A DNA stretch of 38,561 nucleotides from Patellaria atrata CBS 101060 (lineage: Eukaryota). The stretch is taken from NCBI GenBank assembly GCA_010093705.1, contig MU006125.1:19050-57610 (forward strand). The letters run 5' to 3'. The notes below the pieces were generated by a model. The model was not told the origin of the DNA. It made no database searches and saw only the letters and a program-made list of their open reading frames with translations. This document shows, in pieces, positions 24,005-35,790 of the stretch (the first letter of the stretch is position 1; every line of letters starts with the position of its first letter). Both the position numbers and the translations under genes were made by a program.

Positions 24005-25891
24005 CTCTTACCTACACATTCACACATTGTAAATGTGTTGTCATTGAAGATAAGAAGAACAGAACGGGTATCTAATCTTCCTCTAGGCTATCTGCGGAGA
24101 GTGTGCTCTTCCCGAAGACAGTATAGAACATCAAGATCCAATAATGCTTGTTTGTCCTTGTCTAGAACATTCGAAACACGGAGTCCAGCATTTGGCACGA
24201 TGTTACCAAGCTGTTTATCCAATTTGTACCGACGATGATGCGCAGATACGGCTTCCCTGTGGTGAGTATTTCATGAGACATCATATTTAACTGGAATTTA
24301 GGTATGCTTTAGGTCATTGCTTCTGCGAGGACTGTATTCAGAGACTGGTCCACGCACAGAGTAACGGGACATCTGCGATGTTTCAGTCTGGGTATCCTGA
24401 GCTATGTTCTAAGATGATCCGACATCGTTCGCTATAAATAATGCACATCTCCCATTAACCGAACGAATACTCCTTTCTAATACTGTTAGGAATATCGTCA
24501 GGTTTGTCCCCGCTGAACCGTGATGTTTGCCTTATCATTAACCTTAATGATTCTCGCAAGCCATGAGGTAGTTTCTCTTTTCATAAAGAGATATTTGCCC
24601 TCCTGGTACTGACGTTCTTGATTGCCAGAACGACACCGAATATGCGTATTCAAGGTGTTAAGGTATCTTAAGCAAGACTTCAACTCCCACCAATAACTAT
24701 TATATTCCCAATTGAAAATGAAACAGGTGCTACTATAGCAACGACTGGTCATCATTCACGGATTAACGAGCATTATATTGAAGGCTGACCTACTCAAATT
24801 GCCTTTAGTTGGCGGTGGCTAGGAACGCACGGAATAAGTAGACTATGTATGAGCCATGGAATAGAAATTTTTTATGCATCTTCTTACACCACGCATAGGA
24901 TGATCCGTTTTGGTTACCTCAAATTTAGTGCTCGTTTATTTAACTTCCTACAAAACCTGCTTTAGAATTAACAGTCGTCTACTTTGTTGTTCTAGATCGC
25001 ACTATAGAACGATTTGCCTGTAAATAGATTTTTGACAATCTGCATTTCTTCATTCCTATCTAATTAGAGACAAAAATTGAAGATTCCTTTTGAGGGCGGC
25101 AAGTTTCACTGTTTCCCGAGGTTCTATGTGACAAGTTTACTATCTGTGACGCCAACCATGGATGGTAATCGTCGTTTGTGGCCTTGACGCTACATGTATC
25201 TCGGAGCCGGACCCTCGGCTGAATCGGAAAGGGAGTGTGATGCCCGAGGGAGACGAGGAGAGAGGATAATATGGCAACACAGCGCAACGAAACTTATGCC
25301 GGGAAAATTTCCTTTTCTTTTTTTTGGGGTGGGGGGTGGGGGGATGGGGTATCTAGCTCCCTCACTCATCCTAAACGCATTCCCCGGGGTAGAAAAGTCG
25401 TAAGGGATATACCTGAGTGAGATGGAGATGGTAGTTATTGGCGGGCCATGGAACTCACGCCGAACCAGACCCGATATCTTGTGAAGATGGTCGGACACGG
25501 TTTCTATTATCATACGCATTTTGTGTGAGGAGCTAGAGGGTAGCTTGATAGCGACGGTGGTATACATGTATCCTACAGTTCTATGATTATTGATGAGAAA
25601 GGAGATAACTTGTAGGTAGTGATGAAGGGAGGGGAGGGGAGAAAATACGAGAGCGAGAGCGAGAGCGAGAACAACAGTAGATGTTCCACTAATTTCATAC
25701 CTTATGAAAGATCTTGAGAGAGAAGAGAAAAGTAAACGAAACATTATTCCTAGCCATTACAAACCCATCGAAAAGGCCAGTTCAATGTCAAAGCCCTCAT
25801 GTAACATCGAATATGGCCTTCCAGACGCTGTGTTATTCATACAAATTATAGCTGCGTAATAAACCCGTAAATCATTCCCTACCTCGCCAAA

Positions 25892-26757
25892 TTATAATTC
25901 CCTAACTGCAGTTTCTAAAGTCCATAATTTCTGATCCTTCTCCTTATTCTGTATTCTCAATCTCTTGATCTCGGCCCTAAGATCCGAGGGATCAGTCTCC
26001 TGTCCGCTACTTTCACCTGTTAATCTCCGTCTCTTCTGACCTGTCTTTTCGCCTTCACTGATCTCCTCATCCACCTGTGCGGGATTCGTAATAAGGGCAC
26101 CTGGAACTTCACCCTCAGCCTTGGCTCTATCAGACGATCCTGAGACATTTCGGTGCATACGTCGGATATGCTCGTGCAGATTTTCCTTGCGGGCAAATTC
26201 TTGACTATAAGAGCGCTTGCACTCTTTATAAGGACAGAAGAGCGATTGCTTTATACCGCTGTAGAGTTTGTGCACCTCGCGGAGGTGGCGAGTCAATCCA
26301 CCATTATAAGTGAAGCCCCTCATATATTTACAGCTTGGGTATTTACATTTGTAAGGCCGGTCATGTTTATCCATATGTCGACTGGGGCAAATAATTAGTG
26401 AGAGTCCTAAATAGGTGAGAATGATATGGAAAAGGGAAAAAAGTAAACATAATAGGAAGATGAGATGAGAAGTAACGAACGTGTAAATTTAGATACTTAT
26501 ACATGATAATAGAGATTAAATTAAGGGATAGAGGAGGTGTATACTCACCTCCAGTCGCATTTGCGATTGAATGTCAAATGACTGCACTTTACGCTTCGCG
26601 TACATATCATTTTGTTCTCTGTATTCCGTTCGGGAGATTCTCTTCGTTTATATAAATGCCCACGTCTAGAAGAAGAGCACATGCCGCGACCTTGATCTTC
26701 AGGAGAAGTAACATCCTCCGAAGAGTCTTGTGCCGGATATTGTACTCCTTCCAACAT
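25892..26757 (-). CDS. Three-finger C2H2 zinc-finger protein with C-terminal coiled coil; exons 26757-26549 and 26381-25892
   Basis: Intron GTGAGT..CAG (26548-26382) completes finger 1 (CTRSVKC..CDWS-RHMDKH); fingers 2 and 3 are CKYPSC..HLREVH and CPYKEC..HIRRMH. Confidence 0.88.
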
Positions 26758-27931
26758 TTTCCTCGACGGGGGACTCTTTAATCACGAATAACTGTTCGAA
26801 CTCACTAGAATTAGAGGAAGTTGGCTAGATTATATAGTCAAGTGATAGCCCCTTATGTTAAGGCTCTCATTAGAAACACCTCTTAGTTTGGGATGCGTCA
26901 TAGGTATACGTATTTGGATAAAGGTGAGCGTGGTAAACTAGAGGCGCAGCATCAGGCACCGGAGGAACGAGGTTGACACTTAAAGGAGAGTTAGTGAGGC
27001 TGGCTTGCCTCTATTATAGCAATTCCAGCGATAGGTTACGGCCGGGTGAGGTGTCGCTTTCACAGGCATTAATATTTACCTCAGGCGAAGGTGAAAAGGC
27101 TGAGGCTCGTCCCTGTAATTGAATGGAATCCTACTTAATGAGTTTGTCAAAGAGCGCTTTCACCCAGACACACCAAGGCTACAATCGTCCTCTTACATTA
27201 CTCATAGGAGGATCCATTTGATTGCCTCAAATATAGTGCACGTTTATCTAACTTTCTACAAAACCTTCTTTAGAGTTATCACATATCAACAGCATCATTC
27301 GTCTGCTTCGGTGCCTTAGATAGCTCATAACTAATCATAGGTACTCCGAAAAGTTTAGGTTAATGTCCTTTTAAGCTTGCTATTGGTTCACAATCTAGTG
27401 CTTTAGGTGCCACCTAACCAGTTATTTTCTAGTTACTTCCGGTGAAATATTTGGGGGAATTCTGTTACCTATCTGATAAGTTAGGTCCAAGGATCTCCTG
27501 TTATTTGAATAGGTTCTGTTGGCTTAGCCACTCAAATAACAACGGTATAACCTCCAATAACACCGCAAACCGTAAGCTGAGACGTCGGGGAAATCGGGAG
27601 ACAGCATAGGCTGTCTCAACACTTTCTTTCCTTAAGTTTAAGCTTCATGTACATATAGCAATATACCTTTCAGCTTCCATCTGAGGTTGAGCCATGACAG
27701 GGGACAAGGCTCACGTTCCACAACCAGAGAAATGGGACTGCAAATCAACTCCATACTTTCACTTCGAGCAGATTTTATTCTATAAATAACAGATCTTCCT
27801 TAGCTTTAAATCATTATCTATGATAACATGCTATATGGCCCTAATACTTACAACGGTGAGGGCTTTCGCCTAAAGAACTTACTTAAACCATCTTCAGCTT
27901 TGAAAAGTTCTTAAAGGGGGCGCAATTTCAG

Positions 27932-28088
27932 CTGTTGAATGAGGGTGGAGACGGAGTATATGGCATTACCACGGGACGTATTCTCAACGACTCAACAGAT
28001 TGTTTCTACTCTAGTATATAACGAGGTGTTACCTCCATATGTAGAACAATCAAGCGATTATCCAATTCATCAGCACTCCTACGTCTGA
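27932..28088 (-). repeat. Right arm of inner inverted repeat
   Basis: Reverse complement of 6112-6269; contains the core at 27978-28058. Confidence 0.95.
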
Positions 28089-28162
28089 CATCAGCAATAC
28101 TACGCCAACTTAGTTTCCCCAACAGCATTTTCTTCCAGTAGACGAGCAGTCCACAAGACTTC

Positions 28163-28760
28163 TCACTCTCCCTTGGCTACCTTCTCAAAATCTTCTCGCT
28201 GCTGCTGGAATCGCTTGGGTTCTCCCTTGTGAAGATCGGCCTTCTCAGCGACTGTAAGGAGAGATGAGTGAAGGAGCCTGAAACGTTCTGCATCCCATCC
28301 AAAGTTCCTGATGGCAGGCGGCAACAATGTCGCCAGCTGAAATATCATCTCTTCCTGTACGTGAGAGAGAGTGTGTTAGCCGATGCTTGAAGTATTATAA
28401 TCATCCACAAAAACCTACTGGAGGAGGGGGTAATTCTCCACTCGTATGATAAAGATCTAACACCTCTCTGATATCATCCTCCACCATCTGGTAAGACGAC
28501 TTCGTGTGCCGGGCGATATTTATCCGGATCCAACGATGATGGAAGGCGAGAAGCTTATTCTCTAATTCATCCTTCACTTGCGGTGGAATTTTCTCAAGAT
28601 GGGTCAACGCTATATCCGCTAACCGCGAGAGTTGGTCTTGTGTTATATCAGAGTTACAAAAGCTAGCACACCATTCGTCTGTTGCAAATTCGTAAAGCTG
28701 GCACAGCGCTCCGAAGTATTCATCACAAGTTTGCGGCGTGGAGGAGAGTTTCGGTGGCAT
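28163..28760 (-). CDS. Hypothetical helical protein, ~177 aa; exons 28760-28419 and 28354-28163
   Basis: A 64-bp phase-0 intron (GTAGGT..GCTAAC..CAG) joins two ORFs in frame (PPP|EEMIFQ). Confidence 0.75.
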
Positions 28761-28813
28761 TGAACGATGCCCTCGAACAATATACCAGTCCCTTATTATA
28801 TGTCAGAATAACA

Positions 28814-29143
28814 TTAGGTACTATGAATCAGATAGGAGTACCTTTCCATGATCCATACAAATAAATAATCCATACTCCCGTTCCGCAGACTCGATGCTAT
28901 ATTTACGCTTTCGCAAACAAGTTCATCTATGGTTTGGAAATCTTCACCTTCCGATAGAAAATGCTGGTACAGGAGGATCATATTCAGCAAAATAGAGAAT
29001 GGACCTTCCGCAGGGTCTCCCCGGGTTTCATAGAGATTGTCATCGCCAATATTGCGTCTCCTGAACCATTCAATGGTGCTTGAAGGAAGAGTTTGAACTA
29101 GATTAGTTGTTGAGGAAAGAAACTTCGAAGGAATATCAAACAT
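28814..29143 (-). CDS. Hypothetical protein, 109 aa
   Basis: ATG-started ORF ending 54 bp before the next gene; may be spliced. Confidence 0.45.
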   Translation of the reverse strand: MFDIPSKFLSSTTNLVQTLPSSTIEWFRRRNIGDDNLYETRGDPAEGPFSILLNMILLYQHFLSEGEDFQTIDELVCESVNIASSLRNGSMDYLFVWIMERYSYLIHST

Positions 29144-29978
29144 TATGATAAAACCCTCTAGAAGATGAATGATGAAAGTAATGATAGCTAAGGCGGTAGC
29201 TTAGGAGTTCTAACTATCAGTAGGTAGAAGGAAGAGAAAAGTTTATGGAGCAAATAGGTTATTACAACTTCTTGATTTAAAATAAATCCTGTCTTACAGC
29301 ATGAACCTTCAGTCCCTGTCCTAGTTAGTCAGTCAAAGCTTTCCAACCGCTGATACCGCGTTCAATAATTTATGCTTGTGGGTTCTCGTTCTACGCTACG
29401 TCCTTCTTCTGGAGTAATCCTTTAGGGGGGACTGCATTAAACTATAGTTGATGATACTGGAGATCTCACTCACTTCATTAGTTTATGCCGTTCAATAGAT
29501 CTCCGCAAATACCGCCTTGTCGCGGAACTCGGTTTCACGCTATTCTTACACCTGATCCTAGATTATGGTTCTAAGTGGCGTAAAGGGGCTGTCCCCTCCC
29601 CTTCCAAATTTGCCGTGTGGTTCTGTATATTCTATTATCTCTTAGATTAGAATATGTGACAATATTTTCTTATCCTCCGGATCAGGCCGTCTCTGCATGA
29701 GTTAGTTCGCCATATACGAATGTCGCCCACACCGCTATGAAGCTCAAGACTAGATCTAAGACCTAAGAGCCTCGAGAAGGGGCTCAAAACTTATCAAAAC
29801 TGCTGCAAGATGAGAATAAAGAATTAGGTCGTCGGCTTTGCAGTATTGTACAAGAAGCCCTAAACTCATTTGATTCGATCATATGCTACCCCAAGAGGGC
29901 GCGGTAACTTGTCCTTATCCTGAACTGCTTGCTTTCAACGTAACTTGATTCAATATGGCGGGTCAAGCCCCAGTAAAT

Positions 29979-30514
29979 CTAGTTGCTCGACTCTCCTACT
30001 TGATCCGGAATCAACGACGAATCGCGAACAGGATCGTAGAACCTCCGTCCCGATTCTTGTGACGTGGGGGTTAATTCTAATGTAACTTGTGTGGATCCGT
30101 TAGAGTTAATGTTTATTCACACATGTTCTAGGATACTCACCCGCTTCACGGATTGCTTCTCTAGTGCTCTGAAGTACTTTTGGCATGCACCAACCCGCAA
30201 TATCGGTATTCCAGCATGTTAAACCTTTACTACTTAAGATTTCGCTTACATGGTCGACAAAGTTTATCTTAACTGCTGGGGGGATCGTTTTCCACAATAC
30301 TTGGTTTTCGAAGGAGATCCCTATATCCGCCCAAAACTTATTATCTCCAAATACGAGTGCGTCCCCCTCGTCTCTAGTAATTTTCTTATACTAAATACTT
30401 GATTTATGGAGAGCTATGGGTCATACTTACTAGAAATTGTTTCCACTGATTGTTATCATACCCCAAAGCCGCTTGGACCTGTCCCTTTGTAGACAGCACC
30501 GTTATATCCATCAT
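29979..30514 (-). CDS. Small three-exon hypothetical protein with FYDPVRD near the C-terminus
   Basis: MMDITVLSTKGQVQAALGYDNNQWKQFL | GTAAGT intron | YKKITRDEG..REA | GTGAGT intron | ELTPTSQESGRRFYDPVRD..stop; all in frame. Confidence 0.65.
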
Positions 30515-31187
30515 ATCAGTTGTCGCACTTTTGAAGCTGGGTCATCGGAACTAGGGCCGCATAGACCTACGCACTGACACATGACGTTTTAGCGTCAGAT
30601 GTAGAGACACATCGAACTTTAGCGTGCACAGACAGCAAGTCCCGTCGGATCCAGGGCAGCCCTAACCTCCCGTTACTCGCCGTGCACTGACAGAGAACTT
30701 TTTAGCGTGCACAGACACATCCTACCTAACCCTAGGAACTCCACCTCAGGGCAGTGACGCAAAATCTTTCAGCTTGCATAGATAGAGAGCCTCGTCCAAC
30801 TTTTCTACTCGTATTGTTCTTGGATGTCTCACAGGACTACTCTCCGTCAATGGCTGATGATGATTTCATCCATGAATCCCTAAAGTTAATCGAACCATTT
30901 CTACCCTAGAACTAGTAACCTCTAGGTATCTTTCTTATATAAAGAAGTATACTAGGTATTAGATGGTGGAGCTGACGTATTGGTCATACTGGCGACTAGA
31001 GCTAACGAGCGACTCGCTTATTTGGTATCAGCGTAATTAGGGTTACTAATCTGATACAGTACTATCTTTCAGTTTTTACTGTTGGTATCTTTTTTTGCTG
31101 TATTCTAAGTCATAGACTTTATACTGTTCCGTCCGTTTTGGTACACACCTGCAGTATATAACAGCTAGATAGAACCACTCTTTTGAG

Positions 31188-31426
31188 AATCAAGCGATAT
31201 ACTCCGTGTGTCACGATCTGGATCTATGATCGCAACAGCGGCTCGGGCCACCACGGGTTAGCTAGTCGGCCCGAGCTTTAGCATATGGATATATCTCTCC
31301 CCTGATTGTAAATAGCTTTCTCTCCTCAACTTGTTGTTCTTAGTCAATGGAGTACTGCTTTAACCCATGCTACGTATCAAAGATACTCGCTGTGACATCG
31401 TGCACTTGCAGATCCAGCTTATCTCA
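31188..31426 (-). repeat. Right arm of outer inverted repeat, interrupted by a solo LTR and lacking most of the core
   Basis: AATCAAGCGATATACTCCGTG plus CACTTGCAGATCCAGCTTATCTCA reconstitute the reverse complement of 2843-2887. Confidence 0.85.
31209..31397. mobile_element. 189-bp solo LTR
   Basis: TGTCAC...GTGACA termini; TSD CCGTG/TCGTG; the empty site is visible at 2843-2887. Confidence 0.88.
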
Positions 31427-31550
31427 CACTAGGCCTACTAGTCAATTATCTGTCTCTAGTAATCTATTTCTAGTCTACGACGCCCTACTTTAGTAAGTAT
31501 ATATATTTGCCTTCTTTCTATATTTTTATCCCGGTCCATTTCCCCCCCCC

Positions 31551-32171
31551 NNNNNNNNNNNNNNNNNNNNNNNNNNNNNNNNNNNNNNNNNNNNNNNNNN
31601 NNNNNNNNNNNNNNNNNNNNNNNNNNNNNNNNNNNNNNNNNNNNNNNNNNNNNNNNNNNNNNNNNNNNNNNNNNNNNNNNNNNNNNNNNNNNNNNNNNNN
31701 NNNNNNNNNNNNNNNNNNNNNNNNNNNNNNNNNNNNNNNNNNNNNNNNNNNNNNNNNNNNNNNNNNNNNNNNNNNNNNNNNNNNNNNNNNNNNNNNNNNN
31801 NNNNNNNNNNNNNNNNNNNNNNNNNNNNNNNNNNNNNNNNNNNNNNNNNNNNNNNNNNNNNNNNNNNNNNNNNNNNNNNNNNNNNNNNNNNNNNNNNNNN
31901 NNNNNNNNNNNNNNNNNNNNNNNNNNNNNNNNNNNNNNNNNNNNNNNNNNNNNNNNNNNNNNNNNNNNNNNNNNNNNNNNNNNNNNNNNNNNNNNNNNNN
32001 NNNNNNNNNNNNNNNNNNNNNNNNNNNNNNNNNNNNNNNNNNNNNNNNNNNNNNNNNNNNNNNNNNNNNNNNNNNNNNNNNNNNNNNNNNNNNNNNNNNN
32101 NNNNNNNNNNNNNNNNNNNNNNNNNNNNNNNNNNNNNNNNNNNNNNNNNNNNNNNNNNNNNNNNNNNNNNN
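31551..32171. other. Assembly gap (621 N)
   Basis: Run of N preceded by a C-run. Confidence 1.
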
Positions 32172-32342
32172 ACGGGGGACTGGGCTTGGATTTCTGCCTT
32201 AGGATGTTTCCTGCCGAGTTTAACAAGCTTGCTTTTGTCCATTTCATCTCACCCCATCCCACCCCATTTCACCTCATCTCACCCCATCTCATCCCATCCC
32301 ACCTTTCCTATCCTCTCAAACTTTTGTCACCTCTACGACAGA

Positions 32343-33463
32343 ATGCCAGCATCACAACTTCCGAAAATTCTTCTTTCTCTAGAGAGTGAAAGGAGTCGAA
32401 CCTTTGACCCCTATTATGAGCCGGTAAAAGACAGACTCCAAAGTTGGATTAAATTACGCGGTATAGAACCCGAGACAATAAGCCACTATGCTTTCAAGAA
32501 AAGGGCATGTCGTTACGTACAGAAAATTTATAATCACAGTAAAGAGCTCTTTACCCTTTACGCTTTGACTATCCTATGGTCAACCCTCGGTAGCCTACGG
32601 ACAACTGATGAGGCACTGGAAATCATCAAATGGTGGGATAAGATTGAACATCCGCATTACCTAGAGGAAATTCTTGAGAAAGCATCATCAAGGTTGAGCG
32701 GTTAGTAAAACGAGCTCATGAATATATACATTTCGGGGCTGACTTTCAACAGGTCCACCCTCCAAGCGTGCAAAAACCTCGGAAAGCTCGCCGACAAACA
32801 ACTTTCCGGAATTCAGTCGTTGGTGTCCTTACAACCTAGTAATATACATGCTAAGATATTGGTATAGATACCGCCCCACATATAAACGGTACATCAACTC
32901 CAGTGTTCATGGAACCAGGCTAATCAAAGCTAGATGTGCCAGGCTTCAGAGATACATCCTATGAACAGGACGTTTAGCCGGACCAGCATCCAGAAGAATT
33001 GTACGGAGCTGAACAGTCGATAGTTCCCGGTGATATTCAACACAACGTGCGAGGTCTATGAAAGCTCCTCGTCCAGTTGATTATAAGCCTACTAACCCAC
33101 ATGCAGATTCTACCGCTCTCACAGCCACTTCAAACATAGATCTAGAGACTGTAACACAGCAGGCGGAAGGTATATGGCCTCAGATATGAAGCATCTGAAC
33201 AAGGCTAATCAAATTTAGATAGCCGGCTTTCGGACAAATGGAGAGGCATCAAAGTAGAAATGCAAACCGAGGACTTATTCAACTTCTTGTTAACATATGA
33301 CGGAGGTTGTAAGACAGTGGAAGTGGCGTGCCCATTTAATGGATTGCTATTGCCATCTGGAACAATAACATTCAAGTCGTCAGGGGAACAAGATATCAAA
33401 TTGGAATTCTCTCATAGGTTATGCAACGAGATACTGAAGAATGTCAGAGGAAATATTAGGTAA
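32343..33463 (+). CDS. Multi-exon hypothetical protein; internal exons unresolved, may be degenerate
   Basis: First exon MPASQLPKIL..SRLS followed by GTTAGT..CTGAC..CAG; last ORF 33260-33463; several short intron-like segments between. Confidence 0.55.
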
Positions 33464-34257
33464 GAAGATCCGGAATTACCTTATATTAGATAGAAGTAGT
33501 GAAGTAGCGAAATACTGACCGTCCAAATATCGCACATGTTTGCCCCTCCTTCACTATGATAATCTACTTGCGAGGCGACTTTGTTGGACTGGTCACAATA
33601 TCATTATCTACCTCCCTACCACCTGTAATTCTGACGGCTCCATCTCCGCTCCGTTCCGTGACCAATACTGCGCAGATTTCGGGCGGTGTAAATTCATGTG
33701 CCATTTCCCGTCCTTTCTGGACCAGCCTCGAGTGATATCAGCTTTTTCGTGCCTAACTATAAAGTGTCAGCGTATATCGACTGCTAGGTGTTATAAACCT
33801 CTTACGAGTGCTGCAGCTTCCCCCTCAAGCCCGCAATCATCCATGATATTTGTGACATCCTTTTTAATCTTTATTGCAGCTTCGCAACTTACGTATTTGA
33901 GAGGGAGGTCGAGTTGTAAGTATCAAGCCTAAAATACTAATCAGCCTCAGCACATCGCTAGTAGTGAGCCCGTATACATAATACACCCCTTCAAGCGTTC
34001 TTTGACCGGCAGATATAGCATGTATTATCCGGGTTCTGTTCGAGATCAAACGTCGAAGTCGTGTCGTCTTGTCTGTAGACGAGGATATAGACCTTGAGTG
34101 GAGACCCGACACAAGATTTTCGACGCTACCTCACCTTCCTAGATCCGTTTGCGCCGACTTTTGGCTTTTGTTCTTACTTTGTGCGTAAATACTTGGGAAC
34201 GAGAGAATAAGTATCAGGCCTTCTTAGAAGAGTTTGACTCTTGAAAAATAATTCTAT

Positions 34258-34530
34258 TGTTACAGCCACAGATTAAAGAGGGACCCAACCAGTGGAGGGA
34301 AATCACGGAGCGCTGAGATGCGGGGAATCAGTGATCAGAGATCCCGTGATGGAGCCGATATATACGATAAGATAGAGCCGTCGACCAAAAACTGCTAAGA
34401 GGGCTATCAAGGAGGAATACTTAAGGACGCTCATTCCCGCTTATATTTAGATCCTTCGTAGTTCTTGTCTTCTGTAAAGTTGTATAATAAAATAGATCGC
34501 TATTTACTTAGACGCTCACGTGTGATAATA
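34258..34530 (+). mobile_element. Degenerate solo LTR related to 4277-4845
   Basis: Starts TGTTACAGCCACA, shares the TATA-region block, ends ATAATA (RIP form of ATAACA). Confidence 0.65.
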
Positions 34531-35332
34531 TCGTTTATCATAGCGCTACCCGTACCCTGACACTACCGTTCCTAAACTTACTATCGGGTGAAGTTTTTAT
34601 CTCAGTATGATAGTTAGCGAATATATTTAGCTCGATTCCGTTGAAAGTCTCAGAGACAGCGTGAGTTTTCTTGTAAACAGACGTCAAAGGGGCCGGTTAT
34701 AGGTATATAGAAGCGTGTTCCATAACTGCACCGTCATATCTAGCTTATATCTCAGCTGTTTGGAGTCCTGCGCGCGTATTTTTGATCTCAACGGCGAAGA
34801 TTACCATCGTAAAATCGTAGTCTGAGGGTTAAACTTCACCCTCTAGCGTTTCTTTTGCTTCTTTGAAAGATGTTCAGAAGTATATATCTCGAAAATATCC
34901 GGCTTGGTACATAGAATCCCTGTTGTGAGTTGATATGTTCCGAGTATTAATTATATCCAGGCACCTTCGGTATCTTAGCGAGCGCGGAGTAGAACGTTGA
35001 CTTGCAAGTTACTTCGTTCTGTTTCTTAGTCGCAGTCTCAAGTTATTGCTTGTAGTCCTCTTTAGTTGGTTGGGAGATTTTCGCGAGATCGAAATACTCC
35101 AGAATTTTCTTGATATCATAGATATAAAATAAGAGATGACATTAAAAGAGTAAGGTGATATTATAGTTATGGTGATAAAACTAAGTTAGAGCCGAGCACT
35201 TAGCTCTGAAGATCTCTAACACAAATTCCTGGAGATCTTATATCTTCCAACATAAGGCTGTCGGGGATCAGCCGTCTGACACTGTTTTCGGTTATCCGTA
35301 ATCTCACATATAGTAGGACAGTCGCGTTTGCA

Positions 35333-35602
35333 GCGCGATGCCTAAACAACGGCAAACCAATGTTCACCGCGTCTGAGATAGCTCAGCTTGAGAATAGCTG
35401 TAGATCTTTTACCGAAACATATAGTGACACCAGCTACAATAAATGAAAGACAATAAAGCTGAAAGGAATATTACGTAGTCGTGGTATTGGTTTCGATCAG
35501 AGGTTAAGTAAGAAAGACCTTATTCGTGTGCTAGAGTAACATGTTAGATATATGTACGCAATCAACAATTTCATCGATAACGCAAATCGATAGGTAGAAT
35601 TT
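35333..35602 (+). pseudogene. Inverted paralogous copy of the JmjC gene's 3' end plus 3' UTR
   Basis: ARCLNNGKPMFTASEIAQLENS..SYNK*KTIKLKGILRSRGIGFDQRLSKKDLIRVLE* aligns to ORF 35791-36060; the UTR shares ATCGATAGGTAGAATTT. Confidence 0.9.
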
Positions 35603-35790
35603 GAGGGTGCGGATTTCTTTTCAGCAGCACTATTTCAAACAATGTTCTATGCACCGTGATGCACGAGTAGAGTTCAAAAATGCTCGCAGTGTTCGCTGGA
35701 AAAAGGAGAACCCCGTATTCTCGAATTAAATTCTACCTATCGATCTGGATCATTAATAAATTTGTTGATAGCGATAATAAAATCGTCATG

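Larger units (their letters stand above)
6112..28088. mobile_element. Putative ~22-kb non-autonomous, cargo-carrying element bounded by long inverted repeats
   Basis: Inverted repeats at both ends, each flanked by the dinucleotide CA (6110-6111, 28089-28090). Interior holds accessory genes and gene fragments; no transposase recognised. Confidence 0.55.

Noticed and set aside
25190..25744. 184-aa hydrophobic ORF
   Set aside because: Built from low-complexity purine/pyrimidine tracts; no domain or splice support.
2843..31426. Calling the block a Starship
   Set aside because: No DUF3435 tyrosine-recombinase captain is recognisable in the window. It could still lie inside a larger Starship extending beyond the window.
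31456..32262. Three long ORFs
   Set aside because: Artefacts of translating through the N gap.
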